A stretch of 64,000 nucleotides of DNA, taken from NCBI GenBank assembly GCA_013265495.1, contig MU057560.1, positions 1,128,753 to 1,192,752 of the forward strand. The letters run 5' to 3'. Position numbers and translations under genes: made by a program. The notes beneath the pieces are model-generated. The model was not told where the DNA came from, searched no databases, and was given only the letters and a program-made list of their open reading frames with translations. The DNA is from Vicugna vicugna. Taxonomy: Eukaryota. Of this stretch, positions 11,581 through 24,600 are shown piece by piece. Every line of letters starts with the position of its first letter. Position 1 is the first letter of the stretch.

Positions 11581-14009
11581 CAGTGCATGGATTTAACTAA
11601 GCTGCGGTTCGGGGTCTCTTAGGTGGGTCTCTACATCAGAACAAACGCCTCGTTGTGTCCTAGTCAAAACGACAAAGCCCGTAAACCACCCCATCCCATT
11701 AAAAAGGTACATAGGCACTTGGAAATTTCGCAAGACACAGGAAGGCACAAAGAAGGACAAAAAGAATTGCCCCAGCTCACTACTCACAGGCAACCATTCC
11801 TTTCTAGAGTTTCTGTAACATTGATTTACGACCCTTTTAGTGCTTAGAGAGTTAGCATTTTATCTAAAGATTTGTGCTTCCTGCTCCTTTCCATACACAC
11901 ACCGTATATATTTTCTCCGCAGCTGTAAACTCTTTGTAAATATTATTTTTAAATTTCTCCACATTGCTCCACTAAATGGAAACCTCAAACTATACCTAAA
12001 CCCTCCCGCGCAGTTGTAACCATAGGCTGCTTCCAACAGTTTATTAACCTGCATGAAACTGAGATGTACATTTTTGCATAATTTTTCCTGTGTTTGTATT
12101 TGTCTTATAGCAGAGTCACATATAAGTATAATTATCAAGCTAAGGGCCATGGATTCTTTAAGTTTCTTTGTATATTACCAATTTTTGAAAAATAATCTTT
12201 TAAATGAGGAAAACTCCTATAGCTATGAACTATACCACTGATCCCATTTCCCTTTTGCAGGAACGAGCTGTTTTATTTGTATTTATATGGGTGAAATTAT
12301 TAATACTCTTAGTTTATTCACACAAGAGAAAGGATCAAAAGAGATTTTAATATTACTGCCTTGCCTCCTGAATTGTCTAGAGTGGTGAAGTCTAGGGCAA
12401 TTAATCCCCAAAATGCCACCGTAACTGTCAGTATAGCTACGGATTCTCTGTCTGCCTTCTCCTACCTTAATGTTGTTTAGCCAACAGTGTTAATCTTAGT
12501 TTTTCAAGCTCTTTAAACACTGCAGAGCTAAATAAATTAAAAGTTAATATCCTACTCTATGAATTTATTACATTCTATATAATCTCTCTCTATACATCCT
12601 ATATAATCAGTAATTTACAGTTAGCATTTTTTTTTAATCAATAGGTATCCCTGACCTTTTGATTCAACAGAAATGATTCTGTTTTTCAGCTGTACTCATT
12701 TCTAGGACATGACCCGCATAAAGAGAGCGCAAGCTGCTCTGAGATGTGTTCTGCTGTACGGTGATCGCAGCTGAGTGGGCATTAGTTAATGGCCTTTATT
12801 ACCAAAGCCATAATATATCATAAACAAGCATAATTAGCTGGGGTTAGCTGGTGCCTTCCCAGTAGTTCCTGAGAGTCATCTGTCTTCTTTTCTTTACATG
12901 AGTTAAATACAGTTGTGGCAGATCTGAGTCTGGATCATCACTAGCTGCATGTCCCAGGGCAAACGGGGCTGACTTGTAATCAATAGAAAATAAAGAGTCA
13001 AAGCTATGGAAGTCAGAAAAAGGCAGCATTTCTATAAATTACATCAGAAAAAAAAGCCAAAGCGTATGTTAGTTCCATTTTGGATAATGTGCAGCAAAAG
13101 CTTGTTATGAATAGCCAAGCATGATTTAATCCTCACTTGATTTATATGGTTAATGGTGGTTTTGCCTTCATGGGGGTAATTTATGGGTAGTTTTAAGAAT
13201 CTCTTTTATTGGATAAAAAATAAAATTAGAATGGTAAATAGAAGTTCTAAAGAAATGCTTGAAAATATCTTTTTTTTTTTATCTTTAAGGGAAGCTTTTA
13301 AGGGGGTTACAAAAGCCTTGCTTTGAAGTCATGAAATGAACACTCTTGCACACTCTGCCTATTATACTATATTTTTGAATCGTATTTTTCTAGCTCTTAT
13401 TTTCAACATCAGTTTTCCAAGAGAAGTATCATTTATACTTTTAAAACAACTTGAAAGACACTCTCTCCAGTGTTGTAAAATGCATTGAGATAAATTGACA
13501 GTAGCATGCATTTTTTTTAAAGCAAGGGATTATGAATTTTCACTCTTGCTGAAGAGTATGTGTGCATTAAAAGAAGAGGGAATTCCTTCTTCTTTGCCAT
13601 TAATTGTTGGTTTTAATGCCATCAGCCAGCTAGCCATTTTTTTCCTGCTGTTGTAAACATCAAGGTCATTTTGAGGTTCTGCTAGAATGAAGATCATTAT
13701 CTGCAGAGTGGTATTAAAGCAGAGTGCCGAGCCCTGGGGCTGTCGGGGGTTCTGAGAAATGAGCCACTCAGTTAATGCTGTTGTTCTGTATGGAAAGGCA
13801 GACTGCTGCTTAAGAAACATTCTTACAAAGCCAGCTGAGCTGACAGTAACCACTACTGAAATGTTCCCCTTCTCATGCAAACAGTGTGCACGGTGCAGCG
13901 TTCTCAAAGCCCACGGGAGAGGAACGGTGGTGGGGGATGTGCCACGGGGACCTTCCAAGAAAACAGTTGCCCAGAATCAACTCCCAGCGTGGACACACGA
14001 GGAAATCCA

Positions 14010-15160
14010 CTGACCAGCCTCTAGTAAAACTGACAGAAACATTTTAAAAGCAATCATCCTAAGGCTCTGAATATGGTCCTAAGGAAAGGCAGCAAATGAG
14101 GAAATACCTATGCAAAGTAATCTACAAAACCTGGTAAGACAACGCGAGCCTGTGGTACCTGAGCCAAGGTTGCCCCGTCCTTCCCTGTTCCCGGCCAGTG
14201 AGGCAAACACTCTGCTCCGGGCTGCAGCAGCCGAGCACACAGGGCTTTCTGCTTCCTCCCCCAGCTCCTCGCTGCAGGGCGTTGTTCCTTTGAGGAGTGG
14301 GACGTGACAGTTTCTCGTTATGCCCCCAGCTAACTTCTGCTGGCGGTGAGTCCTGGGCAGATGCGGTCAGGAGCTAGGGGCTGCCGTCCTCACCCAGCCC
14401 CCTCGGGTGTAGCAGGCTGGGAGTACTGGGGACCTCGTAGTCCTCCCCCTTACCTGTGACGTGGAGCGGTCCATGCTGGGAGACAGATCTAAAAGAACAA
14501 GGAAATTGTTCCTCCACTTTCCATCAGACTCTCGACATTCAGGACAGACTCTCACCAGAGAGTTTTTTATTATCCCTACTCCCACCTTCAGAGCCCTGGC
14601 TCGGAGATTTTGCCTGGGAGTTCGGAGAATAGCCATTGATCTCTTCTTGAAGGAATGACTACTTTTACAACCCAGCTTGAGACGTTCAAGACTAAGGTTT
14701 TCCTCAAGAACAGGGAGGTTGTGGGGAAAACCAATTGTGAGGAGACACATGGATCTAATGAAGACACAGCCTATGAATAACTGCACACCAACAAATTAAA
14801 TACCTTAGATAAAATGAACATATTTCTGGAAAGACACAAACTACCAAAACTGACTCCAGAAGAAATGGACAGACTGAATAGCCCTGTAGCAAGGGGGGTG
14901 AACAGATGAGTAATTTCTGCTCAGAAAAGGAACCCAAAGAGCCCAGATCTAGAAGGATTCACTCTAAATTCTACCAAATATTTTAAGAAGAAATAATACT
15001 GACTCTTTACAGGCTTTTTAAACAGAAGAAGAAACACTTCCCAACTTGTATTTGCAAATCATTTATCTACAAGGGACTTGTAACCAGAATATATAAAGAA
15101 CTCTTACAACGCAGCAGTAAAAAAAACCCAAATAATCCGATTTTTTGAAAATGGTTTGCA
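14010..15160 (+). mobile_element. Ancient L1 (L1MC/MD-type 5' region joined to ORF2 fragments)
   Basis: 14010-14760 old L1 5'-end-like; 14770-15050 ORF2 'NKLNTLDKMNIFLERHKLPKLTPEEMDRLNSP'; 15055-15160 later ORF2 'KGLVTRIYKELLQ'. Confidence 0.8.
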
Positions 15161-16182
15161 GAGTCCTGGCTGAGCATCCCAAATCAAAATAGAAAAGATT
15201 GGGTCTGGAGATGAGAGATGACAACTCGATCACTGGCACAGGCAGGCTATAAAAAGTTAAGACTTCATAAATCTCAGTTATTACCAGTGGAAAATCTGGA
15301 AGTGAAAGGCCTCTAGAGTTAACATCCATAAATAAAAGTCACTCAATTTGGGGGGTATTGAGAGATTTTTGTGTTTTCATACCAGACTTGTCAAATAACT
15401 AGTGTTCCTTTTCATTATTTTACATTAAGGCAGCTAGCAAAAAAAGTACGTGAGCGGTGCCCAGCTGATACAGCAGCATACTGTACAGTGTTGCAGAAGC
15501 TTTGCTGGGAGGAGATGTGTCTGGGATAAGTGCTACACAATTTTCAACAACAAAAAAAAATCACGGTCATGTCATTTATGCTGATTTGGGATTTAGGAAA
15601 TATGTTCAAAACAGTCGTAACGCTGGATTTACTGTCTTTTCCAGCAGAGTCCTGCTATTTCCACTATAGGGAAGATTTCAGGATCCAAACCATGACTCAC
15701 TTCAGCACCTCCTGAGCAGACGTGAAGGCACCGTGCTCAGAGCGCCCTTGACGAAAGCACCTGCTGGTCAGCTGCAAGAAGAGGAGGCAGGGCGTGACCT
15801 CCAGCAGCTGCGCCCTGGGAGCCCCCCACGGCATTTGAGCCGAGGCCCTGCTCTTCCCAGGAAGCTCCCAGCCAGTGACTGGGCGAGACGCCAGTAAGAG
15901 GACCTGCTCTGCCCAACAGGGGACCGTGTACAGGCAGCCTTGGAACCAAGTTCCTCGTCGGCCCGGGTGGCACTTCCTCGGAGCCGCAGTGCACTCTGAG
16001 TTCTTCCTGCCCAGTCCTCCGCCCTCTCCTTCCTGCATCCTCTCAGGGCTTCACCGCTCTCTGACCTCCTGCTCCCTTTCTGTCTGTTCCTCACGAGCAC
16101 AATCCCTGATGGTGCTTTTGCCATCTGCCACCATTGTGACAGTGGTTACTTTTTTATTTTGAAGTCCGTAGTCCAACATGCT

Positions 16183-16950
16183 CTTTCTTAACAGCTTTAC
16201 TGAGATAAGACTTACGTCCTATACAAGTTACCTGTGCAAAATGTACAACTTAATGGACATTAGTGTATTTACAGATACATGTAACCATCACCACGATCAG
16301 TTCTAAAACACCTTCATCCCTTTCCTCTCCAGCTGCAGCCCTAAGCCGTCACCACTCTGCCTCTGTGTCTATAAATATCAGTAATCTGGGACATTTCATA
16401 TAATCGTATAACATGTAGTCTTTTGTGACTGGCTTCTCCATTTAGCATGTTTTCATGGTTCTTCCACTTGGTAGCATGCAGGGATCAGGGCTCCTTTCCT
16501 TTTTATATCCAAATAAAAGTGCCTTGTATGGATATATCATTTTCTGATTAACCATTCATCTGTTGATGAGTGTTTAGCTTATTTCCACCTTTTGGAAAAT
16601 TATGAATAATCCTGTAAACATTCATGTACAAGCTCTTGTGTGGACAGAAGTTTTCACTTCCCTTGGTTGTGTGCCTAGGGGTTGAGTTGCCAGCTCACAC
16701 AGTAACCTTCTGTTGAATCATTATAGGAACTTACAGACTGTCTTCCAAAGTGGCTGCATGGTTGTACATCCCCCTCAACAGGGCACAACTTTTCTAATTT
16801 CCTCACATCCCCACCAGCACTTGGTATCTGACTTTTTGATTCTAGCCATCCTAATGGGTATGAAGAGATGACATAATTGTGGTTTTGATCCACATTTTCC
16901 TAAAGACTAATGATGCCAAGTATCTTTTCAAGTGCTTGTTGGCCATTTGA
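16183..16950 (-). mobile_element. L1MB-type 3' end (ORF2 C-terminus plus 3' UTR)
   Basis: 'acagctttactgagataagac...tgtacaact...ccatcaccacgatcagttcta' and 'ttccaaagtggctgc...tagccatcctaatggg...ttgtggttttgat'. Confidence 0.9.
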
Positions 16951-16959
16951 AGATCTTTA

Positions 16960-17840
16960 GAAATCGTGGCGCCGTGGATGAATTCCTTTCTGAGATCAGC
17001 GTTTCATTCTAGTTCTGACCCCAGGAGGGCTCTACCCAGCCGTTTTATCCCCACTTCTCACTACAAGCTAGCTGGCTGATAGTCAGGTCTGCATCACTGT
17101 TAGACTTATTAGTCACGTCCAACAACCTTTCACTACAGCTCCACTCACTGTCCTTGTGAGTGCCCCGAGGCTCTACTCTCTCCGTGCTTAGATGCCTTTG
17201 AAGACAGATCCTTTGAGATGAAATCAAGAGATAGCTTTTTTAAGCCTTATTTCTCCCCCACTAGGCATCTCCTGGGCGGGGGCTCTGGATCTGGGGAGTG
17301 GGAACAGTACCTAGCTTCTGTCTGAGTGGCACCACACTCCAGTCACTGAGTGGTGGGTGGGGCCTGGGGAGCAGTCACCTGAGATCCTCCCAGCTTGTAT
17401 CTCAGGAGTGGCGACAATACCCCAGGAGGGGCAGGGACTATGGGATCCCTACAGTTTTGTCCTGCCACACCCAGGGTGGAGCTGTACTTGTCCAGGACTC
17501 AGCCCCACTAAAGGCAGCTGGAGGCAGGGGAGAAATGCTTGCAACCTGCTTCCACAGAGACGAAAGCCCTCCTGTAGGGAGCTGGGAGGACCCCGCGCGG
17601 GGGACACGGTGCTCCTTCCTGCAGTGTCTGGAGTCTCCAGCTGCCTCGCTGAGCTGGGATGGGGAGGGAGGCGCAGCCTCGGTTCACATGTCACAGATTC
17701 TCACCTTTCTTACTGAACTTCTGTAGATGTTCTTGAATAAATGTTTCTTCACTTGCTGTTTGTACTTAGTACCATTTCCAGAGGGCTTAATTTTTTTAAA
17801 TAGTTTTCACAGGGGCACTTCCTGCCATCATGCTGGTATA
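16960..17840 (-). mobile_element. Ancient L1 5' region (L1M-type)
   Basis: Reverse complement of 17700-17812 is visibly homologous to 14025-14140. Confidence 0.65.
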
Positions 17841-18079
17841 ACTTTTTTTTTTAATTGAAAAAATATATTTTGTGCAAACAGGACTAGTTTAGAAACCAAC
17901 CAACCAACAGACATGGGATGACGTAATACCCACCCCTCAGAATTATAGCTGTGACTGAGCACGTGTCATGGAGATAAAGTGCTTGTCAGTGCCTGATGCC
18001 TGGTGCTTCCCCACGGGCAGCTCGCAAGGTAATGGAGCAAAGATGGCGGATTATTCCTCTAGTAGGGAGAGAGCTTCTC

Positions 18080-18197
18080 ATACCTGGGCTCTGCTTCAAA
18101 GCAATGAAACCAGAGTCCACGTGGGGAAGAGCTGGCCGTCCATAGGACACAGGGTTTATCTGGTGATTCTAATGGGCAGCCAGGATTGAGAACCACA
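18080..18197. mobile_element. MER5-family (hAT-Charlie) fragment
   Basis: Terminal 'ggtgattctaatgggcagccaggattgagaaccac'. Confidence 0.65.
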
Positions 18198-20919
18198 GAA
18201 TTAGGGGCTTTGATAGGAGGGGAGGATCCCAGTCTTAATTGTTATGTCAGAATATTTTAAAATAAGGGCAGAACCTCAGGTCACCCCCTGCAATATACTA
18301 GTTCAGAGGTCTTCGGGTGGGGGCTTGAGGACGAGGAGGAAGAAATGCCTGATTTTACAAAGCCTCCCGCGTGGGGCAGAGGAGCGGACCCAGCCCTCAG
18401 ATGTGACCCTCTGGGCCCGGTGCCCACAGCCAGCTGGACCCTGCCCACGTCATAGACCTCTTCTAGGAGAAGCACTGTGTCCCCAGCTCCGTCCAGGTCT
18501 GGCTTACCTCATCGTCCTCTCTCTCCAGGTTCAAAACATGCCTCAAACCACTTCTGCACGTGTTGGTTTTCTTGAGTTCTTGCAACACAGACCAACCGCT
18601 CGAGTCCCCAGACGGGTCTGCTCTCCAGGGCGCCAGTGTGCTTGTCCTGGTCTCTGCTTGGGCAGAGAAAGCACCTCCCTTCTTCTGGGCTTAATTTTAC
18701 TTTGCTTTGTATTATCAGTTCTCTCTGGGTGCCTTCCAGGTCTGGGTAGGAGATCTGAAAAAGATGGATGTTATTCAATGCTAGGCCTTTGCAAACTGCG
18801 GCACAAGGTGGATGGGAACTCACTTTTATGGCCTCTTTCCCCAGGAGCGAAGGGCCTGGCACTGGCCGTCCTCTTCAGCAACATGACTGCTTTCATGTGA
18901 CAGGAGGTAGCATGTTCCCTGTCATCGCTGGTGTCAGCCGTCAGCCACAGGCACAGACAGATGTGCATCGGTCCATCCCCGGGAGGCTCCTGCGCACATC
19001 TGCCTCCGGGCTCCTGGCTCCTCTGTTTTGTCCCAGGTAAATACAGGTGAGCTGCATGTCAGAGCTCAAGCCTTCGGCATCTTTCCTGAAACGTGTAATT
19101 TTTAACACCAATAAAACTTACGTTACTTCATATGTGAGAAAAGCAAAGCATGCTTCTAAACTGGTCTACAGATACAGATGAACTTTATAGATGTGCATAA
19201 AAATGGTCAATTTACACGGGCCAACAGATACCTCAGAATGATGAGTCGATAAGTGTTTGCTAATCACTGTATATTGTTCAATTAGCTAATACCAGAGAAT
19301 TCTGTCTGAGTGTAAAATAAACTCACATTTGTCTTTCTCTTTTGTTCTCTCTCTCAGTGTCTCTGCCACTTAGAAGTTCAAAGTCACTAAAGGCAAACAG
19401 AGTCATTATTTCCGGAATGAAGTCATCAAAACCAGTATTCTACGCCACCCGCTCTGGGTACTGCTTACAGACTCTGAACCCCAAGAGCACCGACATTAAT
19501 CCAGTCTTCCTGGTTAGTCCACAAAGTCCAGTCTGATGCTGATGGTGCTTTTGCATTGGCTTTTAAAGAAAATTCTTTGCAGGAAACTCTATTGCTTCTC
19601 CAGCAGGATGTCTTTTAGATATGCTCAACTCTGTCATTAATCACCTGTGGAGTTTTTCTTTTTCCATAATAGTGAAGTTGAATATTGGTATTTTTGCAAG
19701 GTGGATCATGCAGGTGTAGTAAGATTGGGCACAATTTAATCTGTGCCTGGAGCAGATTACTGGCTCGCCCTGCTTTGTGGCTTCTGAACGTGCTTCTGTG
19801 GATCACCCTGGTGATCTGCTGTGCAGTGCAACCTAATGGTCCAGCCAGAATCAGAATCAGCCCACTTGGTGGTTCATAAAACCATATCGACTGAGCTGTA
19901 TACACATCTTTGTCAGGGCTTTGTTTTCATTCTCGGAAATATGGGTTGAATTTCGGACTGGCTTCCACACCTTACACAGGTAAGCATCATCCCCTGGCGC
20001 AAATAATATGAAACACAATTATGTTTGTGTGTGCGGAAATAACCACTCTGCACTGCTGTTACCTAGGACACTTGCTGTTCTTTAGAAAGCCACTTAGGCA
20101 CTAGGTTTCAATCTACAAGCTTCATTCCCAGCTCTGAACAAGGACTTCCCAATTCCAGTATGTGAAAGAAACAGACAAGAACATAAATACAGGGCTGGGG
20201 TCGGTTTTAAGAAAATTCATTTCACCTGAGATCAAGTTTTGTAAAAGCTGAGAATGCTCTGACTCACCTAAATCCATCCCTTTGGACAAGGAGCTCGAGA
20301 TCAAGTTTTGAACCAGTGTCTGTATCTCCTTTAAAATGAGATTGATTTGACTTTCCATTTGAGGGAGATGTTTGTTTTAATGCCCATCTCTGTGTCAGCA
20401 GCCTTCGGCTGAGGCTGAAATCAGAGGGAAACACAAGCTGCTCTGTGAAGGTTTTAGTCTGTCTTTAACAACGTGAGCCTTTCATTCACGAGCATGCTCC
20501 AACCAGAGAAAGGGAATTCTTGCAAAAAGGGAAGTCTGCGAAAAAGTTAACTTCAGATTATTTTCAAGATCACTAGAGAGCCCCCGATCCGGCTGCCTTA
20601 CATCTTGGTCTTCTTGCCATGTCGTGACTGGTGGAAACAGACAGAGAGCGCGCTTCTCCACTGCCTGGCTGCAGGGTCTGCTTCCTCACGTCTCCAACCA
20701 GACGAAGCCTTCGACAGAGCGCTTGAAGGATATTTCTGTTGTTTGAAACAGGGAACGGAGGATGCAGACTCAAACATGTCACTAACACGTCTTCAGACGT
20801 TGTGGTAGAAGAGATCGTGTATCCCACTGGATAGACGTGGTTTTGCACGTTAACAATTTAAGCTCCTTACTAATATAACATAATGCATGCAAGTAAGAAC
20901 ACAAACAGCTAATGTATAT

Positions 20920-20928
20920 ATGTATTTT

Positions 20929-20973
<45 letters not shown>

Positions 20974-21212
20974 CTACTGAAGTCTAGTCAGCTTACAGTG
21001 TTGTGTCAATGTCTGGTGCACAGCACAGTGCTCCAGTCATACATGAACATACACGTATTCATTTTCATGTTCTTTTTCACCATAAGTTACTAGAAGAGAT
21101 TGAATATGGTTCCTTGTGCTTTACGGCATGACTCTGTTGGTTATCTGTTCTATATATATCAGTTGGTATCTGTAAATCTCTAACTCCCAATTTATTCTCT
21201 CCCACCGCCCTG
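20920..21212 (-). mobile_element. 5'-truncated lineage-specific L1 3' UTR
   Basis: 'ctgaagtctagtcagcttacagtgttgtgtcaatgtctggtgcacagc...tgaatatggttccttgtgct...ctcccaatttattc'; possible TSD agctaatgtRtat (20907-20919 / 21226-21238). Confidence 0.9.
20931..20970. repeat. (TA)20 microsatellite
   Basis: Perfect TA run in the tail of a minus-strand L1. Confidence 0.95.
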
Positions 21213-21519
21213 AAATGCAAATCAAAGCTAATGTGTATTTTTAGAACATACGTAGCTCCATTATCTGCAATACGTGCAGGCAGTAGAAAATAACAGTAGA
21301 ATACTCATCACTATTAAATTTCAATAAACTTACATTTTTCTCCTTGGTATATTATATAAATTAATATGTTATTTATTACTTTGCATTTTATTTGATCTGA
21401 ATTAAAGCGTGCAAGTTGTGACCCACTGAACAGTAACCTGTTACACATCAAAATATGCCAATATAGATAAGAAATAATATGAAATATATGCACAGACTAA
21501 TGCAATCCTGTATATAGAG

Positions 21520-21700
21520 GCAGCCATGGTAAAGGGTAAAAGAAAATGTAAATTATCACCATAAAAGTTGGGCTTAAATTCTAGATCTGTTTCCTACTAC
21601 ACTCATCCTCTGAGCCTCCATGTGTTTGGTGTGTCTATCCATCAAATAAAAATAACATTTCTATGATGACACATGCCTGCATTATGTGCTCTTAAGGTCT
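21520..21700 (+). mobile_element. MIR fragment
   Basis: 'gggcttaaattctagatctgtttcctacta...ctctgagcctc...catcaaataaaaataac'. Confidence 0.5.
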
Positions 21701-21799
21701 CAAATGGAAGCATGTCTACACCTCTCCCAAAGCATCGCTCCTCCTTTCTCATGCTGAGCCTGAACTCCACCATCACCATCAGCTCACTAGTTCATCTAA

Positions 21800-22023
21800 G
21801 AGTTTGGGAGTGATGGATATACACTACTATATATCAAACAAGGACCTACTGTATGGCACAGGGAACTATATTCAAGTTCTTCTAATGAGCCATAATGGAA
21901 AAGAAACTGAAAAAATATATATGTATGTATGTGTATGTTTAACTGAATCACTTTGCTGTACACCTGAAACTAACATTGTAAACAGACTACACTTCAATAG
22001 GAAATAGGAATTAAAAAAGAAAG
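21800..22023 (+). mobile_element. Cetartiodactyl-type L1 3' UTR
   Basis: 'aacaaggacctactgtatggcacagggaactatattcaa...actgaatcactttgctgtacacctgaaactaac...ttgtaaacagactacacttcaat' plus A-rich tail. Confidence 0.92.
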
Positions 22024-22117
22024 CACTCCTAAAGGAAAATTTCCAAAAAGAAGACAAAAGTGAACCTTAGATAAAGGAAATACAATCTGAATTGATGTCT
22101 TTCAACTTCATATTTTC

Positions 22118-22280
22118 GCTAACATTTATTGAATGCTCATTTGGTGCCATGAGCTGCTCTAAGCACTTCTAAACGAATGCACCGAGTCCTTGGACAACCT
22201 GAGGTGTAACTGCTGTCTCTATTTCGTGGAGGAGAAATAAATGCCCAGAGAGCACAGCTAATTGGTCCGAGTTACAGACA
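22118..22280 (-). mobile_element. MIR fragment
   Basis: 'taacatttattgaatgctca...tgctctaagcactt...ggacaacctgaggtgt...ggagaaataaatgcccagagag'. Confidence 0.65.
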
Positions 22281-24029
22281 CTTGCTGAAGAGCTTTGGTT
22301 TTGTTTGTTTCTCTTTTATTGTCGTTGCTTTGTTCTGAAAAAGGCTGTTTGGTTTATGTCAGGGTGTTCTGACAAGTGACCTGAAGCAACATCTGTCCAG
22401 CCACGTAGGATGTTCGCAGTCTAACCTGCTGAAGCAACTGAGAAGACAAAGTGCCAGCTGAGAACTGTTTGCTCCCAGGTGTTTTGAAAGCATCCTCACT
22501 CACCCTGGGAAAGGTAAGGAGAAACCGGTTTGGTTCTGAGTCTTTATCAGAATTAATGTTAAACTTTGGTAACTAAATAATGGAAAGATGTCCTAAGGAA
22601 TGCGGATGATTATAATGACTAAGTGGTACACATCGAAATTGTCAAGAGATTCTTTTTCTAAAAATCACTTTTCCATTGAAATTGTGGACAGCTGCTAAGA
22701 GTTACCATCGCCTGAGACTACATTATTGTTTTTCTACAAAATATTTCTAGATTCTTATTCCAGACAAAACCTATAGACAGCTGTTTGAGAACTGGAATTC
22801 AGAATGACAAGGGGAAAAAGAAAAATGACTTATGGAATTCTCTGGCACGTTTGTGGTTTTCAGAGTTATTCAATGATGAAAGTATTCTTACCCCAGTTTT
22901 TAAACAAATCAATAAATAATTTGACCAAACACGTATTTGTAAGGGGTAGAATTAAAATTAAAACATTTAGTAGATTTTTTAACTCTAAATCCATTTTTTT
23001 TTTGTACTGGCTTCTTTAAAAAGTAGACTGAACGTTTAAAACTTCTGACTTGCTATTAAATTTGTAGAAACACATTGCAATGACCCTTCCGGCATATAAG
23101 GCAACTTCCTCATGCAAGCTGGGATGTGAATGCTCTTAGATATATTCCACTGAATCTAATTTGTGTCTTCCAGTGTGGGTCGTTGAAAATATCCAGATAA
23201 TTAAAATGGTTATTGGTTTCAATCGCTTAAATTTGGCTCTTAAAATATGATGTTCATGTTAACATTGCTGGAAAGTAATTTCATAAAACAGGGCTGTTTT
23301 TGCATCCACTGGCTGATCGATTGCCTGTGCCTGGCACTGTCTGCCAGCCCCCATGACCACTCTGCAGAATGAGGATTGTAATACTCGCATTCATTTTCGG
23401 AATCAGGATGAGAATGAGTAATTTAGATTTTACCAGAGACTTACAGTAAAGTCAGTGGTGGTTTCAGGAGTGATAATTAGCTTCCACTGACCTCAGAGCA
23501 TAGAGAGATTGTGTCAAACCACCCGTTAAACATGACTGAGTCCATGCGCCCATGGGGGTTCCACTAGTGCCACCTGCAGCTTCTCCTGACACGGGTGGTC
23601 CCCGTGCTCGGGAAAAAGTGGGCCGATTTCCCAAGGCCCTCAGGCTGCTCGGAGCCGTCACATCTGCCTTCTCAGTGTCTCCTCCCTTGAGTGTTTCTCC
23701 ACTTCAGTCCTTTTTGTTTGTAGGGACCACGCATCGCCTGCCACAGGAATCAACAGCCAACATTTTTTTCAGAGGTGCATGGAGAGCCTCCTTCTCTCTT
23801 CCACCTTGGGTTTGGCACTAGAGTTAGTGTGAACTTGAGCAAGTGTGTGAATTAGAGAAAGAGCGGTCGAGGGTATCTGCTGGGGTGGAGAATTCCAGGA
23901 CACCATGCACCTTAATGAACATTTACTTGTTCTCCATATGCCTGGAATTCTGCCAAGTCTCCTTCCTTCTGGAGACGGCCACGCACTGTCCACTTTCTAG
24001 GTGGACAGCTGAAGAATAAGATCTTCAGA

Positions 24030-24600
24030 GCGGGCAGTGGCTGGGGCCATGTGTCACGTGGGGCCAGAATGTTAGGGCTTGTTTTTTTTTTTTTCCAGGA
24101 GTTTAAATTTTATGCAGTGAGCAATGAGAAAGCAAGAGGTTTTTTAAGCAGAAGAGATATGTATGCTCAATTTTATATTTTTAACAGCAACTCCTGTGTG
24201 GGAAAAAAAAAAAGATTGGAAACCGGGAGCGTTGTTGACTGGCTGTTGATGAGAGCAAGCAGAAGCGCTAAAGGCCAGCTAGCGGGGGCACGAGGCCCAG
24301 CAGCACGATGACGTTCATGGACTGTTCTGGTGGCAGACAGCGACGGAATTATTAAAAACGAGGCAAGGGAGGGCCTCTAGGAGCAGAAGAGGGCGAGCGA
24401 GGCGTCTGACGTGAGTGGCAGCATGGGAGTGGAGCCGCCGACTGCTTGAAGGAGGAGGCATGTGGACAGGTGGTTGACGACTTTTCGGAATCGTGAGTTA
24501 AAGGTGTTTTTGAACATCTAAATGAAGTTGCGATTGGAAATACGTGTCTGTAGTTAAGAGAGGTGGAGGCTGGCACTTGAGACTTTGGCTATTGGGTAAT
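24030..24600 (-). mobile_element. L2 fragment
   Basis: 'ggagtttaaattttatgcagtgagcaatgagaaagc...ttttaagcagaagaga' and 'ttttgaacatctaaatgaagttg...tgtctgtagttaagag'. Confidence 0.7.

Noticed and set aside
18244..18900. 218-aa ATG ORF
   Set aside because: No recognisable homology; composition looks like non-coding translation
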